From Rhizaria sp. SCN 62-66 (lineage: Eukaryota): a stretch of 64,000 nucleotides of DNA. Both the position numbers and the translations under genes were made by a program. The stretch lies in the NCBI GenBank assembly GCA_001724265.1, contig MEDY01000111.1, positions 1 to 64,000 on the forward strand, written 5' to 3'. The stretch's first letter is position 1. The number at the start of each line of letters is the position of its first letter. This document shows positions 51,201-62,882 of the stretch, piece by piece. A model generated the notes under the pieces. It did no database searches. It was given only the letters and a program-made list of their open reading frames with translations, and was not told the DNA's origin.

Positions 51201-54200
51201 GGCCGCGCGCGGCGGTGCCTCTGCGGCGCGCACTGCGGCCGCGTGGGACGCGTTTGCTGCGATTGACGGCGTGGAAATGAACTGCGTTCTCGCCACACAG
51301 GACGCCGCCAAAGGAACATACTTCCCTCTGTGCACGGAGGTCTTCGACCCTCTTGCCGCAGCCGCGCCTGCTGTGCTCCTGCCCCTGGCCAACGCTGCTG
51401 CCCCCGCGGCCGCTGCTGGCGACGCTAAGGCAGCTGCCAGTGAGCCGACGACCTCAGTGACTGCAAGCGGCGGCAGTGCTACTGCAGTGGGAGGACAATC
51501 GGTGTCTCTGTTTGCGGTCTGCTTTGTGCCGCCGGCCGAAAACGACCGCGTACGTCACTTCCTCGTGTCGCGCGCGCGCAACGCGCTTCTGCTCGCGCGC
51601 ACTGCACTCGTGCCCGCAAGCTCGAGCGCTGCCGCCACCGCTGCTGCGGGCGTCGTCGTTGTGGAGGCTGAGACTGAGGAGGCCTTGTCGCCCATCTACG
51701 GCGGCGAGGACGGTGTGGGCGAGGCCGCGGCTGCCGACGCCGCGGCCGCAGCCGCAGCCGCCGAGCTCGCCGCTGCCGACGCCGCAGCCGCGGTGGACCC
51801 CAACGACGAGTACACCTGGTTGTACTTGCTCAACAACACGGCGGGCGCCACGACTGCGCCCGTCGACCTCGCGAACCCGGCCGACGCAGCCGCAGCGCGT
51901 GCGGGCGGCAACGGCGGCGCCTCGCTGGGCTTTGCGGCGCCCGCTGGCGCGACCGCCACGCAGGGCGGCTCAGGCTTCGCTGTCCGCCTCCCGCGTGCGC
52001 TGTTGAGCGCCGTGGGGCCGGAGCCGGCTTCTAAGGCCAGCGTGTTTGGCGCGCTGCAGGTACAGTTGCCGAAGCCGATGAAGCTCGGCAACGGGCGCGT
52101 GGCCGTAGACGTGTCTGTGCCCTGCTACGCGGTGCTTGACGGGTGTATTGTCGACGCCGAGTCTGCTGATCCCGACGCGGACGTCGCGCTCGCCCAACAG
52201 AGTAACGGCGGCAACAACGGCGCCGCGCCGCTCGTACCCGCTGGCGCGCGGCCGGTGGCCGGCGTCATCGCGCGTTTGACCGCCATGCGCGCGAGCACCG
52301 AGGCGCTCGAGGTGACTGTGGCGCTGGCCGTCGACGTTTCCGCGCTGCGCACGGTCGCCGCCGCCTGGGTGGCAAAGCATGGCACACGCGCGCAGCACCA
52401 CGTGACTGTGGCCGACAGCGAGGCCGATATGGTGAGCAAATATTATCCGGACCCCGATGGACTGCCTGAGCTTGAGGACAGCGGCGACGACGAGAACGCA
52501 GATGCCTCTGCTGCTGCTACTGCTGCTGCGCCCGAGGCCGCGCCTAGTGCCGGTGCGGACGTTGCTGCTGCTGCGGAGGAAGGTAGCGACGGTGAGGAGG
52601 AGGACCACAGCGGCGACGAAGACGCCGCCGCCGAAGACCACAGCGGCGACGACGACGGTGACGACGGCGCCGCCGCTGGCCACGACGAAGGCGACCACGC
52701 CGACGTCAAGAAGAAGCCCGCCAAGGGCAAGGGCAAGGCCAAGGGTGGCAAGACCCTCAAGAAGAAGGCCAAGGGCGGCCGCAAGCGCGTCGGCCTCAAG
52801 TCCGGCGGCAAGGACCGTCGCGGCGGCAGCAAGAAGAAGGTTGCCGCGTCGTCGAGCCTCGCCGGGGAAGCGTCTGCTGAGGCGTCCCCCGCACCGCCCG
52901 TGGAGAACATCCCTCTGGGCGCGCTCCCGCCCGCGCTTGAGCGCGCGCTGGCCGCGGTATGCCGCGCCGCGCCCGCGCCGGAGTTCCTTTCGTCGACGCT
53001 GTCGCACGCGGAGCAGCACGCGCGGCGCGAGCCCGTGTTTGTGCCGAGCCGCATCGCGGTGCAGCAGGCGTGGGCCGCGCCGTCGGTGCTCAACATCCGC
53101 CAGATCGCGCCCGTTGCGTTTGTCAAGCGCACGGTGATCACACCGCAAGAGCTCACGCTGCGGCGCCAGATGTTCCTGAGCAGCAAGAACGGCGATCGCT
53201 GCCCGCGCCACGCCCGTCGCGCACGCTGCCCCGCGGTCGCGGCCGTGCGTGAGAGTGCGCGCCTGCTGCCGGCCGTGGACGTGTTCGCTGAGTACGCGCC
53301 CGTGGACAACTCGGCTCTTGTCGACCGCGTGTACCCACTCGTACCCGGCCGCAACATCACGGTGGGACTCGCGGTGCGCGCAGCCGTGCGTGCGGCGCCG
53401 TCGCTGACGCCCGCGCTGCTCACGGCCACGCTCGCGCCCGCGCTGGTGCGCGAAGTGTTTGCGCGCGCAGTGTATCCCGCGCCGCCGCTGCAGAGCCTGG
53501 CTGAGGACGCGGCACAGCAGGAGACGCCTTCGATGTACGACGGCTCGTACGAGGCCGCGACGGAGCCCGAGGCGTCGGGTGCGGTCGAGAAGCGCACCGA
53601 TAAGGGTGGCGTCGAGCACACAGTCTTCGTGGAGAACGTCGCCGTCGCACCAATCTGCATGGGCATCGAAATTGCGTCCAGTGACAACACGTTGGGGCTC
53701 AATGTCGCCCAGCGCGTCGCCACTGGCGGGGCCTTCGCGCGCCCCGCGCAGTGGCGCCGGTCGCCCTACGTCGCCATGCCTGACCGCGACGCGTTCATCG
53801 ACGGCGACGGGGATGCGGCCGCGCACCGGGAGGCCAACGGGCTCTGCGTGTACGACGCGACGTTCCCCTCGTCGCGTGCGCTGGCCGCGGCGTCTGCCAT
53901 GGCGGCCACGCGCGAGGCCGGTTTCAGCAAGACCATCACGGACACGCTGTACCAGCACATGATCGGGCCCTGCTACGTGAAGGCCGGCGGCACCGGCGCG
54001 GCCGTGGACGGGGACAGGGACGCAGGCAGCGCTGCTGCTGCTGCTGCCGCTGCCGCTGTGAGCACCACTGCGGTCGCGGCGACGCGCTTCGGACCGCACC
54101 TGCTGCGCTGCGTGCTTAACTACCTCGTCAACGAAGCCACGGATAGGCTCGAGACGCTGCGCTGCGCGCTGCCGCCGCCGCCTACGTCGGTCGCCTTCTC

Positions 54201-56415
54201 AACCGCTGCGCTCGCGCCCACGCCCGTCGCGCTTGCCGACACTGTCTTCAGCGTTGCGAGCACGGCTGGTGTGACGACCTCTCCGCAGGAGCAAGATGAG
54301 GAAGAGGACGCTGAGACGGACAAGAGTGTCGTTGCGCAGTCGACTCTGGCCGCGACTGCCGGCGCGCCCGTGTGGCTGCCATGGTGGTCACTGCCTCTGT
54401 GGAGCGAGAACCCGTGGGTGCCGACCACCGCGGACCTCATCACGGGCACGATCGCGAGCTCCGTACCGACCGCGATCCCGGCCGAGTCGGTGCTCGTTCA
54501 GCTCGGCTCGCTGCAGCAGCTGCCGCTGCAGCCAATGCTCATGATGCGTCACCTCTTCACGCGCATCGTGCTGCGCGAAGACGCCTCGGGCAACATCAAC
54601 ACCGAGCCCGCGCAGCTCAAGATCAACGCCTCGGTCGCGCAAGGCCTGCTCGAGCGCCTGCTCGCAGCCGCGCACGCCGCGCCCGCGCCCGTGCCGCGCC
54701 CGGTGCCGCTGATGACGCGCACGAGCGCGCAGATGCACGCGCTGGCGCAGACGGTCATCGGCCAGCTCTGGGGCCACTGGGCCGTGCGCCGCCTCACCCC
54801 CGCGCACCTGTCCATCGGCGCGCCCTTCTTTGAGGCCGAGCTGAGCGGCTACTACGCCATGGACACCGGCGGCCCGTACCGCCAAGTCATGGCCATGGCA
54901 GCCGCGGAGGTGCAGCTGCTCTTCACCACGCTTGCGCGCGCGCAGCAGCGCCAGCGCCAGCTCGCGCACCGTGCGGAGACCGTTCAGCGCGGCAAGCTGG
55001 GGCAGCAGGAGCGCCTCGCTGCGGCGATTCTCGAGAGCAACCCCAGCATCAACAATGATGACAGCGCCCGCGACGGCAACAGCGACGCCGACGCCGCCGC
55101 CGCTGCCGCTGCTGCTGCGGAGAGAGAGCCCGTGCGCTACTGCGTCTGCGGCTCCGTGCTGCCGTCGGCCGAGACCGTCGCACTGGCGGCCGCGGCGGAC
55201 GGCGTGGCGCTGCCGGTGCTGCCGACGCCCTCGTGGGTGTACCACGAGCAGGACCCTTCGGCGCCGCACCCGCTGCTGCCTCGCGCACCCGTGGAGCGCT
55301 TTACGCGCAACGCGCACTGGGCCGGCGACGCCGCGTCGCTGCTCTCGCTCATCGGCGGGTTCTACGCCAACTCGCTGCTGCAGGTCGACCCGTTCCCGCT
55401 GCCGCTGCACCCCGCGGTGTGGGCGCGCCTCAGCGGCGACGCCTCGCTTCACCACACCAGTGCCGGCGCCAACGCCGGCGTGGGCGTGGGCGCTGGCGAC
55501 GGCGCGCACGGACACTTGCCTGCGGTGCCGACCGCGGGCGAGTGCACGCGCTGTCTCGACCACAGCCTCTTCGCGCTGCGCCGCGGCATGGCCACGATCG
55601 GTGACGTCTTCTCGCTGGGGCTTTACGCCACGGGGGCCTTTGAGACCGCGGCCAAGACCGGGCTCGGACGGGCCGTCCGGGACGCTACCGCGGCAGTCAA
55701 CGCTGCGGCCACTGCCGCCGAGTCCTGTGGCTTCCGCGGCAGCAATCGCAACAGCAACAGCCGCGGGGCGGCGGCTGACTCTGCGTCATCATCCGCGGGC
55801 ACTGTAGTCGTTGACCCCGCGCGCGGTCTGCGGCGCGTTTACACCCGCAGCGACGGCTCGCACCTGGCGCGCCTCGCCGCGGGCGCCAGCGTCACGGCAG
55901 AGCTGCTGGCGCTGCTGCGGCCGCGCGTCGGGCTCGAAGACTACAGCGACACTGGCCTCACGGGCGCCCAGGTCGACGCCGCGCTCGCCGCCAAGGCCGC
56001 GGCCGCCGCGGCTGGCGACGGCGCAAGCGCTGCAAGTGTGAGCCCCGGTGGTTGGGTCGAGGGTGAGACGACGTCGCCCGTGATCGCGTACTTCTGGGAC
56101 GTTGTGCTGACGCGCTTCGACGACGACGACCGGCTCAAGCTGTGGCGTTTTATCACCGGAACCGGCAGGCTGAGCTCCGACTCGGGCAGCGAGGAGTCGG
56201 AGCCGTTCGTGATCAAGGGTCCCGAGGGCCGACCTGCAAGTGAGTTGCCCGACGAGCAGATGCCCTCAGCGTCGACGTGCTCACTCACGCTCGTGCTTCC
56301 CGCCTACACATCCGCTGATGTGCTCGAGAAGAAGCTGCGGTTTGCAATCGAGAGCTGCGTCGAAATCGATGCTGACTTTAACGTTGACGCGCCTACCGTT
56401 GCACCCACGCTTTAA
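27607..56415 (+). CDS. Giant HECT-domain E3 ubiquitin ligase, 9602 aa, uninterrupted ORF
   Basis: 28.8-kb stop-free frame. C-terminal HECT motifs AMDTGGPYRQ, PLPLHPAVWARL, YFWDVV..FDDDDRLKLWRFITG and MPSASTCSLTLVLPAYTSADVLEKKLRFAI..IDADF, with the catalytic Cys at 56278-56280. Stop TAA. A possible splice acceptor TATAG at 27593-27597 means an upstream exon cannot be excluded. Confidence 0.9.
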
Positions 56416-57802
56416 AGTCGTCTTAGTGTGCAGATCAAGCAAGAATTCGATTGAGATATACTCAGAAGTTGTCTCTTGGACGCTTTGTTTTTTTTGTGGT
56501 GGAGATGAGGTATGAAATGTTTAATGAATGTTTTATGTGTCAAGAACGCACATCATCAGTGAAAGAACAATGATATGTTATTTAAAAGTGGATTTTTTAA
56601 TGAAATATTTGTGACTGTTTTGAAAAAGTATACAAATGATGTTTATATTGGAACAAACAGTTCGCTTCAAGTCAGGCCTTTACCGACACTAATTCATAGA
56701 TCTCGGCAATAATAATCTGGAAATGTAGGATAGAAGTCGTGGTACATGCTGCATATACTAGAAACGTAGCAAGACCGAGTAAAATCTAGAGACATTAAGT
56801 GTCTCTTCTGCTGGATATTGTTCGAAATAGGTCCAAATCCAGATGTTCAGGTCTAGCATCAGCAACAAAGTGGTGAACTTCTTAGCCAATTATGATAATA
56901 GAGACACATGAATGAATTAAATCAATAGAATGTATCTTTGATAGTCGGAAAAGTGTATTTTCAAATTGAAAAAGTAGTTTTTTACAGTGGAAAGAGAAGC
57001 GGAAGAATCGGCGCGTGCTCCTGGGATCGGCCCTTAGACGGAGGACCGTGAGCACGAGGTTGGGTTGGTTTGAACCTCAAAGTTTAGCCGTGTCTCGGTC
57101 TGATGGTTGTGGAAACGCCAAAAAAAGGCAGCTATGTGGTCAAAATGATCTTGATAGCGGCTGATGTTGCGTGATTTAGCACTTATGTGGTGTGTTTGGC
57201 TTTTCTTGAACACGTAGCGGCTACTGTGTCGACGGGCAACGTGCTATGGTCGTCGTAAGCAGAGTGAAGATCCCTCACTCTGTGCCAGCCACACACCGTT
57301 CATTCCGCTCGTTCAGGGCGATACAGCGCTTGAAATAGCACAAATTGGAATGAATGATATGAGCTGCACCCTGGCATTGCTAATGTTCGTGCTCACAACG
57401 CGTGTTGTGCGCAAACTTGCGCTCCCTTGTAGCTTTGAGCAAAGTCAAAGTTGACTTGTGGTTTCCCTCGGTCCTGCTTTGAGCACGCGCTGCTTTGGAG
57501 CCATTGCGTGCCTCTATCTAGCCAACCCACCCCTCTCAAGTGGGTCAATCTTGTTTCTTCGCCACTGATTATTACTTCCTTGCTTGCTGTCATCTCACAC
57601 ACCTGCTTCTTTCTCCTTCTATTTGCCTCCTTTTGTTTTCCTTCACCCCTCGCTCTCTCTTCGGTGCGCGCCCTCCCCTCTCCCTCTCTCTCCTTCCACA
57701 CACTCCACTCGCATTTGCTTCTCGCAACGGCTGCTTTCTTCTCTTGGCACAACCAATCAATGTTTTGTCATTCTTTGCTTGTTTTCCCCTACAACAGGCC
57801 CA

Positions 57803-58381
57803 ATGCAGAACATCAAGTGCGTTGTCGTTGGTGATGGTGCCGTCGGTAAGACGTGCCTCCTCATTTCGTACACCAACAACGCGTTCCCCAACGAGTACAT
57901 CCCCACCGTCTTCGACAACTACTCTGCGAACGTCATGGTTGATGGCAAGCCCGTGAACCTCGGCCTTTGGGATACCGCCGGCCAGGAGGACTACGACCGT
58001 CTCCGCCCCCTGTCGTACCCCCAGACTGACGTCTTCCTTGTCTGCTTCTCGATCGTGTCCCCCCACTCGTTCGACAACGTCAAGACTAAGTGGTTCCCCG
58101 AGATTAAGCACCACGCCCCCAACGTGCCCATGATCCTCGTCGGCACCAAGGCCGACCTCCGCGGCGACAGCGCCATGGTCCAGCAGCTCGCTGCCAAGGG
58201 CCTCCAGATGGTCACCCGCGACCTCGCCGAGGCCCGCGTCCGCGAGATCGGCGCCCGCTGCTACATGGAGTGCTCCGCCCTCACCCAGGAGGGCCTCAAG
58301 AACGTCTTCGATGAGGCGATCCGTGCCGCGCTCACCAAGCCCCCCTCCCGCAAGAAGGCCAAGAAGTGCATTGTTATGTAA
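57803..58381 (+). CDS. RAC1: Rac-family Rho GTPase, 192 aa
   Basis: [64 protein letters not shown], polybasic tail and CAAX box CIVM. Stop TAA. True start is ATG 57803, not the ORF-track start at 57584. Confidence 0.97.
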   Translation: MQNIKCVVVGDGAVGKTCLLISYTNNAFPNEYIPTVFDNYSANVMVDGKPVNLGLWDTAGQEDYDRLRPLSYPQTDVFLVCFSIVSPHSFDNVKTKWFPEIKHHAPNVPMILVGTKADLRGDSAMVQQLAAKGLQMVTRDLAEARVREIGARCYMECSALTQEGLKNVFDEAIRAALTKPPSRKKAKKCIVM

Positions 58382-59234
58382 AGTGCTCCAGCTCGATCCT
58401 TATCAATGATCTCGAGCCGCAGCTTTTGCGTACCTCTCGTCACGTCGTCGCGCCAGTCACATGTAACAAACTTGATGACTGATAGACAACGATGACAAAC
58501 CACACTTGTTGGTTGCTGGGACATCCCCGTTCATGAGTCCTTGTTGCACTGTCTGTCACGCGTATTGCCACGCGTTTGATACTGTAGCAGCTGCAACAAC
58601 AACGGCAGAGTAAAGAAACAAGGGACAGATCGACAGCTGTAGTGATGATCTGAGCTGACCGACAAACCCAGTGTGAACAGTCGGTCTCGCCCATCAGTCT
58701 GTCAAGTCGTCGCTCTGATGGAGAGCAAAAGACGGATCCAACGCGGTCCGCTCTTTTCCTCTCTCTCTCGTCCTTGTCTGTCTTTCATCCCTTCTCTTTT
58801 CGTCGCTTTCCTCCATCCACTTTTTCAAAACATAGCCCATCGCACCTCTTAGGGTGCGGCTTAACTTTTCTTTTCGTCTTCGTTTTCTTTGTGTAAATAC
58901 ACTGTTATGATGTATATTCAAATACGACCTGGTATACCGAGTGTAGTACATGTACTATCTTGTATTGTAAAATTGAACTGGAAACAGAAAGGTAAGGCTG
59001 AGTGCCCGCACCCAAGCCTGACCTGACCTTATGATAAAACATTGAAATTGACCAGTTAGTGATATCACCCCAGAAATGAGCAATAATATCGCCCTAATAA
59101 AAAAAAACCCTAATAAAAAACTAAAAACCATAAACACGCCGCATCAAACAGAGCCACGCGTACTGCCGCGCGTACGGCCAAACGTAGCTGTCTGCTTTGC
59201 GTCACTTCACCTCACTTCACCTCACTTGGCCCCC

Positions 59235-62200
59235 TCACTTGGTGTAGAGCCCATCCATTGCGACGTCGTACTTCTTGAGCCCGTTCTTGGTAAGCACCCA
59301 GACGAGGCGGCGCTCGGCGGCCGTCACCAGCACGCCCGCCGCCTCCTGTTGCGCGCTCTCAGTCACCTTTCCGGAGCTCTTGTAGCCGTCGTCGCCCTTG
59401 TCCTTCTTCTCCTTCTTCTCCTTCTTGTCCGCCTTGTCGCCCTTGCTCTTGTCGTCGACGATAGACACGAGCGGCGGCGTGTGGCCCATCACGCCCGCGT
59501 TGGACACGGCCTCGATGGTGCGCCGCACGGGTGCCAGCTCGCGCCGCATTGCCTCGGGGAACACGCACGCCGTGGCCGCCTTGCGGTGGCGGGCGCCGCG
59601 GACCACCCACAGCGTGCCCGCCGCCGTGCGCGACTGCCCGGCCACAATCTCCGCCTCGCCCTGGGCGGCGACGTGCGCGGCCTCGGTCGCCGTGCGCACG
59701 GCGCTCGAGATGGCGACTGCGGCCCGGAGATCGGGGTTGTTGCCCGCGGCAGCCTCGCTGGCGACTCCGGCCGCGGCGGCGTTGATTGCAGCGATGCTGT
59801 TGTGCACCTGCGCCGCGGTCGGCGGGCGGTACCAGTGCTCGGGACGGCGCACGATGGCCTCGATCGCGACGTACCCGCCGGCGGCAGCGGCGGCGGCGGC
59901 GGCGGCGGCGGCCTCGGGCACGCTCTTGCCGGCGCCAGCGCCCGCGGTGTCGGTCGGCGACACGTTCCACCAGGAGCTCTTGCTGCCGCCAGCGTAGGTG
60001 TACATGCACAGCGGGTTGCGCTGCTCGGCGCGGTCCCACCACACGAGCGGCGGCGCGGCCGGGTCAGACTGCGTCGACAGCCCGGCGTAGGCGTCGCGCG
60101 GCCCCACGCGCAGCCACATCTGGCGCGCGTGGGGCGCCACGTTGGCCATGAACTCGCGATACGTCGTGCGCTCGGCCGGCACCACGTCGTCGTGGCGCCA
60201 GAACAGCGGCTTGTCGGCCAGCTCATCCGCAGTCGCAGCTGAGGCTCCAGTAGCGACAGAGGCGCCGTCAGCGCCGGCGGACTCGGGCGCAGGCGCAGGC
60301 GCAGACTCGGTCGCAGACTCGGGCGCAGACTCGGGCGCAGACTCGGGCGCAGAGAGAGAGCTTGAGACCGCAGAGGCGGCGGCCTCAGACTTGGCCTTGG
60401 CAGCAGCGGCGGCGACGGGCGCAGCAGAAATGCTGGCGCTGCCGACAGAGCTCGCACCGTCGCCGATGTAAAAGCTGTTGCCGGTCGCACCGGGGGCGGC
60501 GGGGACGGCGGCCTTGCTCGCGCTCAGACTGACGCAGTCGAATGCGCTGCTGTTGGACTCGCCGTCGCTGACCTCGCCGTGGTTGTGGTCGAGGTCGTCG
60601 AGCGAGAAGTCGGTGAAGTAGCTCTCGGAGAGCAGCGACTTGCCGAGCTTGCCAAACTTGATCGAGCCGGAGCCGCCGGTGACGGAGCCGCTGAGGAAGG
60701 ATCCGGTACGCACGGGCCCGGCGACGGGCGAGAGGCCCGTCACGGGCGTCAACGTCGCGGGCGTCGCCGCGACCGAGACGGCGGCGGAGCAGGCCTGCGA
60801 GAGCGCCTCGGACTCGATCATCTCGAAGTCGATCTCTGACTCGCAGTCGCTGCCAGACGTGCTCGCGCCGGCACCCGCAGCAATGACGCGGGGCGGCTTG
60901 CACCCCGTAGCGTCGGAAATGTTGACCACGGAGAATGACACGTCAGACAGCACGGACGACGGCGCGGGCGCGGACAGCTTCACCGCAGACGCATGCACGT
61001 GTGTGGCGCCGCCGGCGGGGCTGACAACGTCGTTCGCGACCGTCGCGCGGCCGTGTCCGCCGCCGACAGCGGGCGCGTCCACGGCCACAACGCCCGTCGA
61101 CGCCTTGCCAGCGCTGGTCGCGGCGGCCGCAGCGGCCGCAGCGGCCTTCTTGGCGCGGATGCGGTCCAGGACGCTGCCGGCAGCGGTGCCAACGCTCGCG
61201 GCGGCCTGGAAGCCCGTGAGCGCGGACTCGGCCAGGACGCGGACGCGCGCGGTGAACTCCTTGCTGCGCACGGCGGTCCGCACGCCGTCGTGCTTGGGCA
61301 GGCGCTGCTTCCACTCGAAGAGCGTCAGCTCGCCCAGCGCGGCGCGGCGGCGCGCGAGGGCCGCGGTAAGCCCCAGCTGGTCGATGAGCGCCATCGCAGT
61401 CTCCAGCTCCGCCTCGCGCGGGTCGCGCGTCGGGCGTTGGTAGCGGTCGCCGGCCAGCATGCGGTTGATGACTTGCACGGCCATGTCGCACGCCTGGATG
61501 TGTCGGAGGTTGGTCTTGGTGGTGTACTCGTCCCATGCCTCCGGGCCCGCGTTCTCGTCGGGGCGGACGTACTCGCCGTCGGGGTCGTCCGCGTTCGCGG
61601 TGTCGAGCATGGAGATGAAGTGCCACGCAAGCGAGGCGCGGAAGCACACCAGCGGCGCGCCGTGCAGCGCGACCGCGCGGTGCAGCCAGAAAGACCGGCG
61701 GCGTGAGGCCTTGAGCAGCTTCTCAGCCGCAGCAGCCGGGTCGCCGGTCATTGCGGTCGCAGCGTCAATGTCGGCCTGCGTGGTGTTATAGACGACGACG
61801 GAGTTGCGCAGGAAGTTCGTGACAGGAATCAACTTCTCGTAGTTCTTGATGCCGGAATTGGGGGCCAGCAGTGCCACTGCGGTTTCGATGGCGTGGCCGG
61901 CAATGGCGGCGCGGGGCCATGCCGCGGCGAACACGGACGCGGTGACGCGCGCTGCGTGGTTATGCTCCAGGTGGTTCTGCGTGGTGGGGTACACGGGGTT
62001 CAACTCGAGCTCCTGGTGGCACAGGCGCGACACGCGCTTCTGGCGCGCGATGCGGTTGGCCTCGATCCCGGCGTCCGGCGAGCACGTACACCCCATAGCA
62101 ACGCCGCGGGAAATCTCCGCCACGGCGTCGCACGCGCACGTCACGCGCGGGCGCGGCAGGTGGTTCAGGAGGCGAGGGCGCGAGGGCGACGGCGACACCA

Positions 62201-62882
62201 TGAGGTGGTCATACTCGCACTTGTGCGCATCCTTCATGAAGCGCCGGCCCCAGCAGATCGAGCTCCAGTAGTGCACGCCGGTGACGCGCGGCGCGGACTC
62301 GACCACGGTCTGCAGCGCAACAATAAGCGGGCGGAAAGGGTTCTTGTGGTCGCCTTCCGACGCGAGGCGTGACGCATCGAAGAGAACGGACTGGAATGAG
62401 TCTGGGACTGCCATGACGGTCCAGTCCTTGGCGGCTCCGACAGGACTGGCGATATCCTTGTGGTCGGGAAGTTGCTGGTTTGCGCCGAGAGCAAGGCGCC
62501 GCACGGCAACGTCCATCGAAGGAGGCGTGGGAACGTACACGAGCGAGCCGAAGTCGCGGAGGAAACGAAGGCAGCAGTTACAGCGGTAGATGACGCGGTA
62601 CTTCTCAGGCATCAGCGACAAAAACAGCTCATCAAGCGGGAGCTGAATGTCGGCCTGGTAAAACTTGCCGTCAAGCGCGGAATCCACAGCCTTGTCAAGC
62701 GTCGCCTGCATCAGCGCGCGGATAGCACCGTAGGACTTGATAGTATTCTTGATGCTGAGGTCTGACTTAGCCAGCGTGGCGCGGCACTTAGAGAGCGTAG
62801 CCTGCACAGCAGGCGAAATGCCCGGAGCCAAAGGGACATCCCACGCGTAATCATCGTTGTTATTGGGAGCAGCGCCGTCCAT
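59235..62882 (-). CDS. Uncharacterised protein (~1215 aa) resembling a phage/bacterial hypothetical-protein family, with a long low-complexity central insert
   Basis: Intron-free ORF from ATG 62882 to TGA 59235. Globular blocks include YRCNCCLRFLRDFGSLV, RYQRPT..QLGLTAALARRRAALGEL, DPAAPPLVWWDRAEQRNPLCMYTY.GGS and VFPEAMRRELAPVRRTIEA. Confidence 0.8.
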   Translation of the reverse strand: MDGAAPNNNDDYAWDVPLAPGISPAVQATLSKCRATLAKSDLSIKNTIKSYGAIRALMQATLDKAVDSALDGKFYQADIQLPLDELFLSLMPEKYRVIYRCNCCLRFLRDFGSLVYVPTPPSMDVAVRRLALGANQQLPDHKDIASPVGAAKDWTVMAVPDSFQSVLFDASRLASEGDHKNPFRPLIVALQTVVESAPRVTGVHYWSSICWGRRFMKDAHKCEYDHLMVSPSPSRPRLLNHLPRPRVTCACDAVAEISRGVAMGCTCSPDAGIEANRIARQKRVSRLCHQELELNPVYPTTQNHLEHNHAARVTASVFAAAWPRAAIAGHAIETAVALLAPNSGIKNYEKLIPVTNFLRNSVVVYNTTQADIDAATAMTGDPAAAAEKLLKASRRRSFWLHRAVALHGAPLVCFRASLAWHFISMLDTANADDPDGEYVRPDENAGPEAWDEYTTKTNLRHIQACDMAVQVINRMLAGDRYQRPTRDPREAELETAMALIDQLGLTAALARRRAALGELTLFEWKQRLPKHDGVRTAVRSKEFTARVRVLAESALTGFQAAASVGTAAGSVLDRIRAKKAAAAAAAAATSAGKASTGVVAVDAPAVGGGHGRATVANDVVSPAGGATHVHASAVKLSAPAPSSVLSDVSFSVVNISDATGCKPPRVIAAGAGASTSGSDCESEIDFEMIESEALSQACSAAVSVAATPATLTPVTGLSPVAGPVRTGSFLSGSVTGGSGSIKFGKLGKSLLSESYFTDFSLDDLDHNHGEVSDGESNSSAFDCVSLSASKAAVPAAPGATGNSFYIGDGASSVGSASISAAPVAAAAAKAKSEAAASAVSSSLSAPESAPESAPESATESAPAPAPESAGADGASVATGASAATADELADKPLFWRHDDVVPAERTTYREFMANVAPHARQMWLRVGPRDAYAGLSTQSDPAAPPLVWWDRAEQRNPLCMYTYAGGSKSSWWNVSPTDTAGAGAGKSVPEAAAAAAAAAAAGGYVAIEAIVRRPEHWYRPPTAAQVHNSIAAINAAAAGVASEAAAGNNPDLRAAVAISSAVRTATEAAHVAAQGEAEIVAGQSRTAAGTLWVVRGARHRKAATACVFPEAMRRELAPVRRTIEAVSNAGVMGHTPPLVSIVDDKSKGDKADKKEKKEKKDKGDDGYKSSGKVTESAQQEAAGVLVTAAERRLVWVLTKNGLKKYDVAMDGLYTK
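60279..60353 (-). repeat. 12-bp coding tandem repeat encoding (APES)n
   Basis: GCAGACTCGGGC units on the + strand, translating as APESAPESAPESATESAPAPAPES. Confidence 0.75.

Noticed and set aside
57584-57802. 73-aa N-terminal extension of Rac in the ORF track
   Set aside because: Pyrimidine-rich leader or intron ending ACAACAG just before the canonical MQNIKC start.
59085-59240. AAACCCTAA telo-box-like motif, duplicated CCCTAATAAAAA, and (CCTCACTT)-like repeats at the gene end
   Set aside because: Located in a 3' region; short low-complexity slippage repeats with no support for function.
258-62765. Hundreds of long overlapping antisense or alternate-frame ORFs (e.g. 33826..36213, 51970..54099, 18065..19906, 13898..15598)
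   Set aside because: Shadow ORFs expected from high GC and GCN-rich codons opposite real genes; no recognisable domains.
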